Notes: generated by a model from the sequence alone, not told the origin. A stretch of DNA of 64,000 bases from Laetmonice hystrix (GCA_965235115.1 OZ249436.1:22012001-22076000); one strand, 5' to 3'. Counted from the stretch's first letter, positions 12,191-25,800 are shown. Made by a program: numbers and translations.

Positions 12191-12973
12191 TCACATTTTT
12201 GTGTAGGTATGGTCACTGTGCTGAGTCTGTTTCAAGGCAAGATTTTTCTGGTAATAAGTTTTAGAATCCTGTGGTTCGCAGGTGTCCTTAAGCTTAAAAA
12301 GTGTCCTTCTTTTGTTGATTCGTGCATTCTTTTTCTTTGTTGACCCCCTGGCAAGTTTTCTGGCCATGTCCTGCTGCTGACGTCGCAGCAGGCCACGTGT
12401 CACCCGTGTACCAGGAGTGACTGGGGCTCCCACAAACTCCGCTTGACTCAGGATTGAATCACCAATCCCTCGATTTACAGCATTCACAGCACAGTGCACT
12501 CTGGCAGCAAAGTTCCTTGAAAATGTTTTGTTCTTGGGTGTTGTACTGCTTATGGCCCTGTTGACAGCTTCACATTTCTGGGTGGTTAACAGGTGTTTGG
12601 TCTTTTCCAGGACTTTCTGGCCCAGCCTGTATTCAATCAGTCTGACCAGTTTCTCCTTGTCACCATCCGTGCATGTAAGGCCAAAGCCCTCAGGCAGGAA
12701 TGCACTGTGTGACAGCCAGTTTTTCTTCTTTTTTGCTTTGCAAGGCCTTGCCTTGCACAGCCGGCCCTCACTGTCGGTGATGGTGGCTGCAGCCTGATCT
12801 CCTCTTCCACTGTGTGTAGGTGAGCGGAGTAATATGAATTCTTCTTTGGTGGGTCTTACATAGACACCTACGTCTGGTTCAGGCCTACCGGCCTGCTTTC
12901 TCAACTTGTAGGCGCAGTTACCAGGTTGAAAGCCATGTCTCCAGCTGTGCTTCTTTCTGCTACGTGATGTCAT
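12191..12973 (-). CDS. Internally deleted DDE transposase, 260 aa, copy 4
   Basis: Same translation as 5279-6061. Confidence 0.75.
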   Translation of the reverse strand: MTSRSRKKHSWRHGFQPGNCAYKLRKQAGRPEPDVGVYVRPTKEEFILLRSPTHSGRGDQAAATITDSEGRLCKARPCKAKKKKNWLSHSAFLPEGFGLTCTDGDKEKLVRLIEYRLGQKVLEKTKHLLTTQKCEAVNRAISSTTPKNKTFSRNFAARVHCAVNAVNRGIGDSILSQAEFVGAPVTPGTRVTRGLLRRQQQDMARKLARGSTKKKNARINKRRTLFKLKDTCEPQDSKTYYQKNLALKQTQHSDHTYTKM

Positions 12974-13697
12974 GGTAGTTTTCTAAGAAATTCTCTATAA
13001 TTTAGGCGAATTTTTTTCAAAATCCTGTTCTAATCAAACAGAAAAATGATACTGAGTTTGATCTGCCTGTTGGCTTCATATATACCCACTCCCACCCTCT
13101 TCCCAGGCAGCTCAGACTCTCAAGTGGCACCTTTGAACCCCTCCCCCTAATAACCTAGGCTTCCTGCCTGGGGTGGGTGACCACCTTTGAGGGGTCCATA
13201 CATCCACACAGACACTTGGAGTACATCTCTTTTGATGTTTCTTTGAAGTGAACATCCTTCCCATATTCCCTCAACTGAATTTGACACTTTTGAAATCCAA
13301 CATAGGGAGATATGGGGATAAATATAATAAAATGGACCTTTTTTTTACTGAAAATATGACAGGGGATACTCACATGCTTCATAGGGAATGAAGATTCTCA
13401 CTTTATATTTATTAATTTCAACTTTTGAACACTTTACATGTTGGCTTAATACATAACTAAAATGAGAAGTTCATAGATGAATTTATTCATTGTCTAATTT
13501 GTGCACAAAGTCAGAATACTGCTATGAGTGCAGGGCAAAATAGGGGTTTTTTATCTCCGAGTGTCCATATTGTATATGATCGATAACTCAGTCTTCATTT
13601 AGTCTACACCATTTATATTTTGTGTGGTTGTTGCAAACATATAACCATTAAAGGGGTCCAATTTTGAACAGATTCGGGGTGATGGGTCTTGATCTGT

Positions 13698-14147
13698 AGG
13701 TCATGACCCCCTATTTAGCCAATGGGCTGCTGGTTGTCCCTCAAAATGGTATGGAGTGAATGTATCTAGGGCCAAGAATGGATATAACCCCCCTGAATGT
13801 GCTCATCAAATACCACAGAGAAAAAGTTCACTATATGATCAATAATATCAGTGTATTATTAGAGAATATCTGCTTAACTTTCCTTGGAAAATCTTAGCCA
13901 ATATGTTATGTATCACAGGCCTGTATTCTGGTCGATTTGGTGGTGCCACCTGGGGTCATGTAACAGAAGCTCCGATAAAATAAAATCTAATCATTCAACC
14001 TATACGTAAATTGAGTTTTTATTGTCGGAAACATGCATATCTAACCTGCCATGCCAAGCAGACATTCGCAGAAATTATTTTAAACATTGAAAATGGCCAA
14101 AACATTACATTAAATTATAGAAGAAAATAAATAGTGGATCATAACCT
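13698..14147. repeat. LTDR, 450 bp
   Basis: Copy of 4238-4687. Confidence 0.88.
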
Positions 14148-14244
14148 GTAGGGGCCTGATGGGAAACTCACTATACAAAGGAATTTTACTTCTGGTTGCC
14201 AAAGTCAACATTCAGAGAGTGTCACCCATACCCACCAAAGCATC

Positions 14245-14666
14245 ATGGAGCCGCGGCAGTTTGTCACAAAAGTACAGGGCAGGTTACTGAGTAAAAGTAG
14301 ACTCGTTTGTGGAGGGTGCCTCCTGTGGACAGAGGCCAGGACTGGTGGGGAGATTCACACTATGGGGTTCTAAGTCTTCGTTTGCCAGGTTCCTCTAAAA
14401 AGATTTATTTTCGTGTCCATAGATTAGCCTATCAATTACACTACCTTATTCAACAACCAAATATTAACCACATTTCGGTTCAGATTTTAATGCCCCCCAA
14501 CATCAATCTTCAGGGAGATAGGGTTGAAATTAGCCATTTGTGCCACCAAACCCTGTGTGTGAATCCCTCCCACCTGACCCTTGAGCCACGTCCAGTGAAT
14601 GCTGCAAGACGTGTTTGTAATGCACAGCAAGTTTGCACCCGGGAACACACCCCTAGGCCCCCCTAA
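14245..14666 (+). pseudogene. His-Me finger nuclease, frameshifted, copy 5
   Basis: Same translation as copy 1. Confidence 0.85.
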
Positions 14667-14738
14667 CTGTTTTTTTCCTGGTAGGTGTAGCTCTAGTTTA
14701 GGTCTAACCCCGAGCTCTCTCACCGCCATAATTTATGT

Positions 14739-15521
14739 TCACATTTTTGTGTAGGTATGGTCACTGTGCTGAGTCTGTTTCAAGGCAAGATTTTTCTGGT
14801 AATAAGTTTTAGAATCCTGTGGTTCGCAGGTGTCCTTAAGCTTAAAAAGTGTCCTTCTTTTGTTGATTCGTGCATTCTTTTTCTTTGTTGACCCCCTGGC
14901 AAGTTTTCTGGCCATGTCCTGCTGCTGACGTCGCAGCAGGCCACGTGTCACCCGTGTACCAGGAGTGACTGGGGCTCCCACAAACTCCGCTTGACTCAGG
15001 ATTGAATCACCAATCCCTCGATTTACAGCATTCACAGCACAGTGCACTCTGGCAGCAAAGTTCCTTGAAAATGTTTTGTTCTTGGGTGTTGTACTGCTTA
15101 TGGCCCTGTTGACAGCTTCACATTTCTGGGTGGTTAACAGGTGTTTGGTCTTTTCCAGGACTTTCTGGCCCAGCCTGTATTCAATCAGTCTGACCAGTTT
15201 CTCCTTGTCACCATCCGTGCATGTAAGGCCAAAGCCCTCAGGCAGGAATGCACTGTGTGACAGCCAGTTTTTCTTCTTTTTTGCTTTGCAAGGCCTTGCC
15301 TTGCACAGCCGGCCCTCACTGTCGGTGATGGTGGCTGCAGCCTGATCTCCTCTTCCACTGTGTGTAGGTGAGCGGAGTAATATGAATTCTTCTTTGGTGG
15401 GTCTTACATAGACACCTACGTCTGGTTCAGGCCTACCGGCCTGCTTTCTCAACTTGTAGGCGCAGTTACCAGGTTGAAAGCCATGTCTCCAGCTGTGCTT
15501 CTTTCTGCTACGTGATGTCAT
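14739..15521 (-). CDS. Internally deleted DDE transposase, 260 aa, copy 5
   Basis: Same translation as 5279-6061. Confidence 0.75.
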   Translation of the reverse strand: MTSRSRKKHSWRHGFQPGNCAYKLRKQAGRPEPDVGVYVRPTKEEFILLRSPTHSGRGDQAAATITDSEGRLCKARPCKAKKKKNWLSHSAFLPEGFGLTCTDGDKEKLVRLIEYRLGQKVLEKTKHLLTTQKCEAVNRAISSTTPKNKTFSRNFAARVHCAVNAVNRGIGDSILSQAEFVGAPVTPGTRVTRGLLRRQQQDMARKLARGSTKKKNARINKRRTLFKLKDTCEPQDSKTYYQKNLALKQTQHSDHTYTKM

Positions 15522-16245
15522 GGTAGTTTTCTAAGAAATTCTCTATAATTTAGGCGAATTTTTTTCAAAATCCTGTTCTAATCAAACAGAAAAATGATAC
15601 TGAGTTTGATCTGCCTGTTGGCTTCATATATACCCACTCCCACCCTCTTCCCAGGCAGCTCAGACTCTCAAGTGGCACCTTTGAACCCCTCCCCCTAATA
15701 ACCTAGGCTTCCTGCCTGGGGTGGGTGACCACCTTTGAGGGGTCCATACATCCACACAGACACTTGGAGTACATCTCTTTTGATGTTTCTTTGAAGTGAA
15801 CATCCTTCCCATATTCCCTCAACTGAATTTGACACTTTTGAAATCCAACATAGGGAGATATGGGGATAAATATAATAAAATGGACCTTTTTTTTACTGAA
15901 AATATGACAGGGGATACTCACATGCTTCATAGGGAATGAAGATTCTCACTTTATATTTATTAATTTCAACTTTTGAACACTTTACATGTTGGCTTAATAC
16001 ATAACTAAAATGAGAAGTTCATAGATGAATTTATTCATTGTCTAATTTGTGCACAAAGTCAGAATACTGCTATGAGTGCAGGGCAAAATAGGGGTTTTTT
16101 ATCTCCGAGTGTCCATATTGTATATGATCGATAACTCAGTCTTCATTTAGTCTACACCATTTATATTTTGTGTGGTTGTTGCAAACATATAACCATTAAA
16201 GGGGTCCAATTTTGAACAGATTCGGGGTGATGGGTCTTGATCTGT

Positions 16246-16695
16246 AGGTCATGACCCCCTATTTAGCCAATGGGCTGCTGGTTGTCCCTCAAAATGGTAT
16301 GGAGTGAATGTATCTAGGGCCAAGAATGGATATAACCCCCCTGAATGTGCTCATCAAATACCACAGAGAAAAAGTTCACTATATGATCAATAATATCAGT
16401 GTATTATTAGAGAATATCTGCTTAACTTTCCTTGGAAAATCTTAGCCAATATGTTATGTATCACAGGCCTGTATTCTGGTCGATTTGGTGGTGCCACCTG
16501 GGGTCATGTAACAGAAGCTCCGATAAAATAAAATCTAATCATTCAACCTATACGTAAATTGAGTTTTTATTGTCGGAAACATGCATATCTAACCTGCCAT
16601 GCCAAGCAGACATTCGCAGAAATTATTTTAAACATTGAAAATGGCCAAAACATTACATTAAATTATAGAAGAAAATAAATAGTGGATCATAACCT
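16246..16695. repeat. LTDR, 450 bp
   Basis: Copy of 4238-4687. Confidence 0.88.
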
Positions 16696-16792
16696 GTAGG
16701 GGCCTGATGGGAAACTCACTATACAAAGGAATTTTACTTCTGGTTGCCAAAGTCAACATTCAGAGAGTGTCACCCATACCCACCAAAGCATC

Positions 16793-17214
16793 ATGGAGCC
16801 GCGGCAGTTTGTCACAAAAGTACAGGGCAGGTTACTGAGTAAAAGTAGACTCGTTTGTGGAGGGTGCCTCCTGTGGACAGAGGCCAGGACTGGTGGGGAG
16901 ATTCACACTATGGGGTTCTAAGTCTTCGTTTGCCAGGTTCCTCTAAAAAGATTTATTTTCGTGTCCATAGATTAGCCTATCAATTACACTACCTTATTCA
17001 ACAACCAAATATTAACCACATTTCGGTTCAGATTTTAATGCCCCCCAACATCAATCTTCAGGGAGATAGGGTTGAAATTAGCCATTTGTGCCACCAAACC
17101 CTGTGTGTGAATCCCTCCCACCTGACCCTTGAGCCACGTCCAGTGAATGCTGCAAGACGTGTTTGTAATGCACAGCAAGTTTGCACCCGGGAACACACCC
17201 CTAGGCCCCCCTAA
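16793..17214 (+). pseudogene. His-Me finger nuclease, frameshifted, copy 6
   Basis: Same translation as copy 1. Confidence 0.85.
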
Positions 17215-17286
17215 CTGTTTTTTTCCTGGTAGGTGTAGCTCTAGTTTAGGTCTAACCCCGAGCTCTCTCACCGCCATAATTTATGT

Positions 17287-18069
17287 TCACATTTTTGTGT
17301 AGGTATGGTCACTGTGCTGAGTCTGTTTCAAGGCAAGATTTTTCTGGTAATAAGTTTTAGAATCCTGTGGTTCGCAGGTGTCCTTAAGCTTAAAAAGTGT
17401 CCTTCTTTTGTTGATTCGTGCATTCTTTTTCTTTGTTGACCCCCTGGCAAGTTTTCTGGCCATGTCCTGCTGCTGACGTCGCAGCAGGCCACGTGTCACC
17501 CGTGTACCAGGAGTGACTGGGGCTCCCACAAACTCCGCTTGACTCAGGATTGAATCACCAATCCCTCGATTTACAGCATTCACAGCACAGTGCACTCTGG
17601 CAGCAAAGTTCCTTGAAAATGTTTTGTTCTTGGGTGTTGTACTGCTTATGGCCCTGTTGACAGCTTCACATTTCTGGGTGGTTAACAGGTGTTTGGTCTT
17701 TTCCAGGACTTTCTGGCCCAGCCTGTATTCAATCAGTCTGACCAGTTTCTCCTTGTCACCATCCGTGCATGTAAGGCCAAAGCCCTCAGGCAGGAATGCA
17801 CTGTGTGACAGCCAGTTTTTCTTCTTTTTTGCTTTGCAAGGCCTTGCCTTGCACAGCCGGCCCTCACTGTCGGTGATGGTGGCTGCAGCCTGATCTCCTC
17901 TTCCACTGTGTGTAGGTGAGCGGAGTAATATGAATTCTTCTTTGGTGGGTCTTACATAGACACCTACGTCTGGTTCAGGCCTACCGGCCTGCTTTCTCAA
18001 CTTGTAGGCGCAGTTACCAGGTTGAAAGCCATGTCTCCAGCTGTGCTTCTTTCTGCTACGTGATGTCAT
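17287..18069 (-). CDS. Internally deleted DDE transposase, 260 aa, copy 6
   Basis: Same translation as 5279-6061. Confidence 0.75.
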   Translation of the reverse strand: MTSRSRKKHSWRHGFQPGNCAYKLRKQAGRPEPDVGVYVRPTKEEFILLRSPTHSGRGDQAAATITDSEGRLCKARPCKAKKKKNWLSHSAFLPEGFGLTCTDGDKEKLVRLIEYRLGQKVLEKTKHLLTTQKCEAVNRAISSTTPKNKTFSRNFAARVHCAVNAVNRGIGDSILSQAEFVGAPVTPGTRVTRGLLRRQQQDMARKLARGSTKKKNARINKRRTLFKLKDTCEPQDSKTYYQKNLALKQTQHSDHTYTKM

Positions 18070-18793
18070 GGTAGTTTTCTAAGAAATTCTCTATAATTTA
18101 GGCGAATTTTTTTCAAAATCCTGTTCTAATCAAACAGAAAAATGATACTGAGTTTGATCTGCCTGTTGGCTTCATATATACCCACTCCCACCCTCTTCCC
18201 AGGCAGCTCAGACTCTCAAGTGGCACCTTTGAACCCCTCCCCCTAATAACCTAGGCTTCCTGCCTGGGGTGGGTGACCACCTTTGAGGGGTCCATACATC
18301 CACACAGACACTTGGAGTACATCTCTTTTGATGTTTCTTTGAAGTGAACATCCTTCCCATATTCCCTCAACTGAATTTGACACTTTTGAAATCCAACATA
18401 GGGAGATATGGGGATAAATATAATAAAATGGACCTTTTTTTTACTGAAAATATGACAGGGGATACTCACATGCTTCATAGGGAATGAAGATTCTCACTTT
18501 ATATTTATTAATTTCAACTTTTGAACACTTTACATGTTGGCTTAATACATAACTAAAATGAGAAGTTCATAGATGAATTTATTCATTGTCTAATTTGTGC
18601 ACAAAGTCAGAATACTGCTATGAGTGCAGGGCAAAATAGGGGTTTTTTATCTCCGAGTGTCCATATTGTATATGATCGATAACTCAGTCTTCATTTAGTC
18701 TACACCATTTATATTTTGTGTGGTTGTTGCAAACATATAACCATTAAAGGGGTCCAATTTTGAACAGATTCGGGGTGATGGGTCTTGATCTGT

Positions 18794-19243
18794 AGGTCAT
18801 GACCCCCTATTTAGCCAATGGGCTGCTGGTTGTCCCTCAAAATGGTATGGAGTGAATGTATCTAGGGCCAAGAATGGATATAACCCCCCTGAATGTGCTC
18901 ATCAAATACCACAGAGAAAAAGTTCACTATATGATCAATAATATCAGTGTATTATTAGAGAATATCTGCTTAACTTTCCTTGGAAAATCTTAGCCAATAT
19001 GTTATGTATCACAGGCCTGTATTCTGGTCGATTTGGTGGTGCCACCTGGGGTCATGTAACAGAAGCTCCGATAAAATAAAATCTAATCATTCAACCTATA
19101 CGTAAATTGAGTTTTTATTGTCGGAAACATGCATATCTAACCTGCCATGCCAAGCAGACATTCGCAGAAATTATTTTAAACATTGAAAATGGCCAAAACA
19201 TTACATTAAATTATAGAAGAAAATAAATAGTGGATCATAACCT
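18794..19243. repeat. LTDR, 450 bp
   Basis: Copy of 4238-4687. Confidence 0.88.
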
Positions 19244-19340
19244 GTAGGGGCCTGATGGGAAACTCACTATACAAAGGAATTTTACTTCTGGTTGCCAAAG
19301 TCAACATTCAGAGAGTGTCACCCATACCCACCAAAGCATC

Positions 19341-19762
19341 ATGGAGCCGCGGCAGTTTGTCACAAAAGTACAGGGCAGGTTACTGAGTAAAAGTAGACTC
19401 GTTTGTGGAGGGTGCCTCCTGTGGACAGAGGCCAGGACTGGTGGGGAGATTCACACTATGGGGTTCTAAGTCTTCGTTTGCCAGGTTCCTCTAAAAAGAT
19501 TTATTTTCGTGTCCATAGATTAGCCTATCAATTACACTACCTTATTCAACAACCAAATATTAACCACATTTCGGTTCAGATTTTAATGCCCCCCAACATC
19601 AATCTTCAGGGAGATAGGGTTGAAATTAGCCATTTGTGCCACCAAACCCTGTGTGTGAATCCCTCCCACCTGACCCTTGAGCCACGTCCAGTGAATGCTG
19701 CAAGACGTGTTTGTAATGCACAGCAAGTTTGCACCCGGGAACACACCCCTAGGCCCCCCTAA
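19341..19762 (+). pseudogene. His-Me finger nuclease, frameshifted, copy 7
   Basis: Same translation as copy 1. Confidence 0.85.
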
Positions 19763-19834
19763 CTGTTTTTTTCCTGGTAGGTGTAGCTCTAGTTTAGGTC
19801 TAACCCCGAGCTCTCTCACCGCCATAATTTATGT

Positions 19835-22433
19835 TCACATTTTTGTGTAGGTATGGTCACTGTGCTGAGTCTGTTTCAAGGCAAGATTTTTCTGGTAATA
19901 AGTTTTAGAATCCTGTGGTTCGCAGGTGTCCTTAAGCTTAAAAAGTGTCCTTCTTTTGTTGATTCGTGCATTCTTTTTCTTTGTTGACCCCCTGGCAAGT
20001 TTTCTGGCCATGTCCTGCTGCTGACGTCGCAGCAGGCCACGTGTCACCCGTGTACCAGGAGTGACTGGGGCTCCCACAAACTCCGCTTGACTCAGGATTG
20101 AATCACCAATCCCTCGATTTACAGCATTCACAGCACAGTGCACTCTGGCAGCAAAGTTCCTTGAAAATGTTTTGTTCTTGGGTGTTGTACTGCTTATGGC
20201 CCTGTTGACAGCTTCACATTTCTGGGTGGTTAACAGGTGTTTGGTCTTTTCCAGGACTTTCTGGCCCAGCCTGTATTCAATCAGTCTGACCAGTTTCTCC
20301 TTGTCACCATCCGTGCATGTAAGGCCAAAGCCCTCAGGCAGGAATGCACTGTGTGACAGCCAGTTTTTCTTCTTTTTAGCCCCCAAACCCATCGGGTTTT
20401 GGGGGCTTATGATTCACCCTCTGTCCGTCCGTCCGTCCGTCCGTCCGTCCGTCCGTCCGTCCGTACGTCCGTCCGTCCGTCTGTCCGTCCGTCCGTGAAC
20501 AGCGATATCTCAGAAACGTGCGGAACAATCATTTTCATATTTGAACACAAGATCAGGTACCATCCTGGCATGATGCACGTCAAAAGATTTTTTGATACGA
20601 TCCAAGATGGCCGCCTGGCAGCCATATTGGTGAAATACACATTTACAGCGATATCTCTGTTAAAAGAATACCATTTTCATTCAAACTTAGCACAACGATA
20701 GGGGTTCATGGGGCAAACATACACGTCATTTTGTTTTCAGTTCGGATCCAATATGGCCGATCGGCAGCCATGTTTGTGTTGTTGGCAATGTCATTAGACT
20801 TTAGTGGCGTATAACTTGACAATGGGGCGAGGTGTGGGTAAAGTTACTATGGGGAGCGAATAGGAAGTCATATATGAGGAATCTTTTGACACCATTATAT
20901 TTGACCTTGGGTTGACATTTCAAGGTCATTCGAGGTCAGGTGTTTATTAAGGATCACTATGTCAGAAATGGTGTTCTTCAAGTCCTTTAGTGCTACGATG
21001 CATTATGCAAAGAGAGGCTTATATTAGAATTCACCATGATCAAGATTTTGAAGAGTGCGTCCAAGATGGCCGCTCGACAGCCATATTGGCAAAATAGACA
21101 TATACAGGCATATCTCTGTTAAAAGAATACCATTTTCATTCAAACTTGGCACAACGATAGGGGTTCATGAGGCAAACATACACGTCATTTTGTTTTCAGT
21201 TCGGATCCAATATGGCCGATCGGCAGCCATGTTTGTGTTGTTGGCAATGTCATTAGACTTTAGTGGCGTATAACTTGACAATGGGGCGAGGTGTGGGTAA
21301 AGTTACTATGGGGAGCGAATAGGAAGTCATATATGAGGAACCTTTTGACATCATTATATTTGACCTTGGGTTGACATTTCAAGGTCATTTGAGGTCAGGT
21401 GTTATTTATAGATTAGGAAGTCATATAATTATGAAGTTTCATTTGGCGCCATTTTCCATGACCGTGAGCGACCTTGAAAGGTCAATCAAGGTCATGCATT
21501 TTTTCAATAGCCTGGATCTTCAAAACAGTTGAAGATGCAGGTCAATGATATTTTTGACATCAGTCAAAATGGCCGTGTGGTGGCCATCTTGGATATTATT
21601 TGGAGCAATACCTCAGACAAAACGATCCTGATGTCTTTAAAATTTGGTGGAAAGAATATGAGGGGCAATGTGTGTGCCAATACATTGCCAGATCAGAGCA
21701 AATATGGCGACATGGCGGCCATATTTATATCCCCCCCCCCCCCCAATAACACTGTTTTGGCTCATATCTCGAAAACGGTGCAATATAAGGCAATAGTTAC
21801 TATTATTGACAGATAGGAAGTCATATATGAAGTTTGATTTGGCGCCATTTTCCATGACCTTGAGCGACCTTGAAAGGTCATGCATATTTTAATGGCCTGT
21901 ACCTCCAAACCAGTTGAAGATAACAGCATCTAATCTTGCGTGAAACATTACTTAATAACCAGGGACAGTCTATAGGGAGGACACAGGTCAAAAATATCAT
22001 TAAAAATGGCTGCTTCGTGGCCATCTTGGATATAAAGAAATTCGAAGCAATAACTCTGACATTTTCTGGATTTCGTTCTTGCTGACAGAAAGCATGAGGG
22101 GTAACAAGCGTGCCAAAAGTACACATAGTTCCTGGACCCACAGAAAATTTGTTCCTACTCAGTTGGGGGCTGTGACTCCGACGGGGTCTAGTTTGCTTTG
22201 CAAGGCCTTGCCTTGCACAGCCGGCCCTCACTGTCGGTGATGGTGGCTGCAGCCTGATCTCCTCTTCCACTGTGTGTAGGTGAGCGGAGTAATATGAATT
22301 CTTCTTTGGTGGGTCTTACATAGACACCTACGTCTGGTTCAGGCCTACCGGCCTGCTTTCTCAACTTGTAGGCGCAGTTACCAGGTTGAAAGCCATGTCT
22401 CCAGCTGTGCTTCTTTCTGCTACGTGATGTCAT
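19835..22433 (-). pseudogene. Deleted transposase disrupted by HINE, copy 7
   Basis: Split ORFs 19835-20392 and 22188-22433. Confidence 0.8.
20376..22193 (+). mobile_element. HINE (Helentron-like), 1816 bp
   Basis: Same element and site as 8368-10185. Confidence 0.8.
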
Positions 22434-23157
22434 GGTAGTTTTCTAAGAAATTCTCTATAATTTAGGCGAATTTTTTTCAAAATCCTGTTCTAATCAAACA
22501 GAAAAATGATACTGAGTTTGATCTGCCTGTTGGCTTCATATATACCCACTCCCACCCTCTTCCCAGGCAGCTCAGACTCTCAAGTGGCACCTTTGAACCC
22601 CTCCCCCTAATAACCTAGGCTTCCTGCCTGGGGTGGGTGACCACCTTTGAGGGGTCCATACATCCACACAGACACTTGGAGTACATCTCTTTTGATGTTT
22701 CTTTGAAGTGAACATCCTTCCCATATTCCCTCAACTGAATTTGACACTTTTGAAATCCAACATAGGGAGATATGGGGATAAATATAATAAAATGGACCTT
22801 TTTTTTACTGAAAATATGACAGGGGATACTCACATGCTTCATAGGGAATGAAGATTCTCACTTTATATTTATTAATTTCAACTTTTGAACACTTTACATG
22901 TTGGCTTAATACATAACTAAAATGAGAAGTTCATAGATGAATTTATTCATTGTCTAATTTGTGCACAAAGTCAGAATACTGCTATGAGTGCAGGGCAAAA
23001 TAGGGGTTTTTTATCTCCGAGTGTCCATATTGTATATGATCGATAACTCAGTCTTCATTTAGTCTACACCATTTATATTTTGTGTGGTTGTTGCAAACAT
23101 ATAACCATTAAAGGGGTCCAATTTTGAACAGATTCGGGGTGATGGGTCTTGATCTGT

Positions 23158-23607
23158 AGGTCATGACCCCCTATTTAGCCAATGGGCTGCTGGTTGTCCC
23201 TCAAAATGGTATGGAGTGAATGTATCTAGGGCCAAGAATGGATATAACCCCCCTGAATGTGCTCATCAAATACCACAGAGAAAAAGTTCACTATATGATC
23301 AATAATATCAGTGTATTATTAGAGAATATCTGCTTAACTTTCCTTGGAAAATCTTAGCCAATATGTTATGTATCACAGGCCTGTATTCTGGTCGATTTGG
23401 TGGTGCCACCTGGGGTCATGTAACAGAAGCTCCGATAAAATAAAATCTAATCATTCAACCTATACGTAAATTGAGTTTTTATTGTCGGAAACATGCATAT
23501 CTAACCTGCCATGCCAAGCAGACATTCGCAGAAATTATTTTAAACATTGAAAATGGCCAAAACATTACATTAAATTATAGAAGAAAATAAATAGTGGATC
23601 ATAACCT
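23158..23607. repeat. LTDR, 450 bp
   Basis: Copy of 4238-4687. Confidence 0.88.
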
Positions 23608-23704
23608 GTAGGGGCCTGATGGGAAACTCACTATACAAAGGAATTTTACTTCTGGTTGCCAAAGTCAACATTCAGAGAGTGTCACCCATACCCACCAAAG
23701 CATC

Positions 23705-24126
23705 ATGGAGCCGCGGCAGTTTGTCACAAAAGTACAGGGCAGGTTACTGAGTAAAAGTAGACTCGTTTGTGGAGGGTGCCTCCTGTGGACAGAGGCCAGG
23801 ACTGGTGGGGAGATTCACACTATGGGGTTCTAAGTCTTCGTTTGCCAGGTTCCTCTAAAAAGATTTATTTTCGTGTCCATAGATTAGCCTATCAATTACA
23901 CTACCTTATTCAACAACCAAATATTAACCACATTTCGGTTCAGATTTTAATGCCCCCCAACATCAATCTTCAGGGAGATAGGGTTGAAATTAGCCATTTG
24001 TGCCACCAAACCCTGTGTGTGAATCCCTCCCACCTGACCCTTGAGCCACGTCCAGTGAATGCTGCAAGACGTGTTTGTAATGCACAGCAAGTTTGCACCC
24101 GGGAACACACCCCTAGGCCCCCCTAA
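23705..24126 (+). pseudogene. His-Me finger nuclease, frameshifted, copy 8
   Basis: Same translation as copy 1. Confidence 0.85.
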
Positions 24127-24198
24127 CTGTTTTTTTCCTGGTAGGTGTAGCTCTAGTTTAGGTCTAACCCCGAGCTCTCTCACCGCCATAATTTATGT

Positions 24199-24981
24199 TC
24201 ACATTTTTGTGTAGGTATGGTCACTGTGCTGAGTCTGTTTCAAGGCAAGATTTTTCTGGTAATAAGTTTTAGAATCCTGTGGTTCGCAGGTGTCCTTAAG
24301 CTTAAAAAGTGTCCTTCTTTTGTTGATTCGTGCATTCTTTTTCTTTGTTGACCCCCTGGCAAGTTTTCTGGCCATGTCCTGCTGCTGACGTCGCAGCAGG
24401 CCACGTGTCACCCGTGTACCAGGAGTGACTGGGGCTCCCACAAACTCCGCTTGACTCAGGATTGAATCACCAATCCCTCGATTTACAGCATTCACAGCAC
24501 AGTGCACTCTGGCAGCAAAGTTCCTTGAAAATGTTTTGTTCTTGGGTGTTGTACTGCTTATGGCCCTGTTGACAGCTTCACATTTCTGGGTGGTTAACAG
24601 GTGTTTGGTCTTTTCCAGGACTTTCTGGCCCAGCCTGTATTCAATCAGTCTGACCAGTTTCTCCTTGTCACCATCCGTGCATGTAAGGCCAAAGCCCTCA
24701 GGCAGGAATGCACTGTGTGACAGCCAGTTTTTCTTCTTTTTTGCTTTGCAAGGCCTTGCCTTGCACAGCCGGCCCTCACTGTCGGTGATGGTGGCTGCAG
24801 CCTGATCTCCTCTTCCACTGTGTGTAGGTGAGCGGAGTAATATGAATTCTTCTTTGGTGGGTCTTACATAGACACCTACGTCTGGTTCAGGCCTACCGGC
24901 CTGCTTTCTCAACTTGTAGGCGCAGTTACCAGGTTGAAAGCCATGTCTCCAGCTGTGCTTCTTTCTGCTACGTGATGTCAT
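24199..24981 (-). CDS. Internally deleted DDE transposase, 260 aa, copy 8
   Basis: Same translation as 5279-6061. Confidence 0.75.
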   Translation of the reverse strand: MTSRSRKKHSWRHGFQPGNCAYKLRKQAGRPEPDVGVYVRPTKEEFILLRSPTHSGRGDQAAATITDSEGRLCKARPCKAKKKKNWLSHSAFLPEGFGLTCTDGDKEKLVRLIEYRLGQKVLEKTKHLLTTQKCEAVNRAISSTTPKNKTFSRNFAARVHCAVNAVNRGIGDSILSQAEFVGAPVTPGTRVTRGLLRRQQQDMARKLARGSTKKKNARINKRRTLFKLKDTCEPQDSKTYYQKNLALKQTQHSDHTYTKM

Positions 24982-25800
24982 GGTAGTTTTCTAAGAAATT
25001 CTCTATAATTTAGGCGAATTTTTTTCAAAATCCTGTTCTAATCAAACAGAAAAATGATACTGAGTTTGATCTGCCTGTTGGCTTCATATATACCCACTCC
25101 CACCCTCTTCCCAGGCAGCTCAGACTCTCAAGTGGCACCTTTGAACCCCTCCCCCTAATAACCTAGGCTTCCTGCCTGGGGTGGGTGACCACCTTTGAGG
25201 GGTCCATACATCCACACAGACACTTGGAGTACATCTCTTTTGATGTTTCTTTGAAGTGAACATCCTTCCCATATTCCCTCAACTGAATTTGACACTTTTG
25301 AAATCCAACATAGGGAGATATGGGGATAAATATAATAAAATGGACCTTTTTTTTACTGAAAATATGACAGGGGATACTCACATGCTTCATAGGGAATGAA
25401 GATTCTCACTTTATATTTATTAATTTCAACTTTTGAACACTTTACATGTTGGCTTAATACATAACTAAAATGAGAAGTTCATAGATGAATTTATTCATTG
25501 TCTAATTTGTGCACAAAGTCAGAATACTGCTATGAGTGCAGGGCAAAATAGGGGTTTTTTATCTCCGAGTGTCCATATTGTATATGATCGATAACTCAGT
25601 CTTCATTTAGTCTACACCATTTATATTTTGTGTGGTTGTTGCAAACATATAACCATTAAAGGGGTCCAATTTTGAACAGATTCGGGGTGATGGGTCTTGA
25701 TCTGTAGGGGCCTGATGGGAAACTCACTATACAAAGGAATTTTACTTCTGGTTGCCAAAGTCAACATTCAGAGAGTGTCACCCATACCCACCAAAGCATC

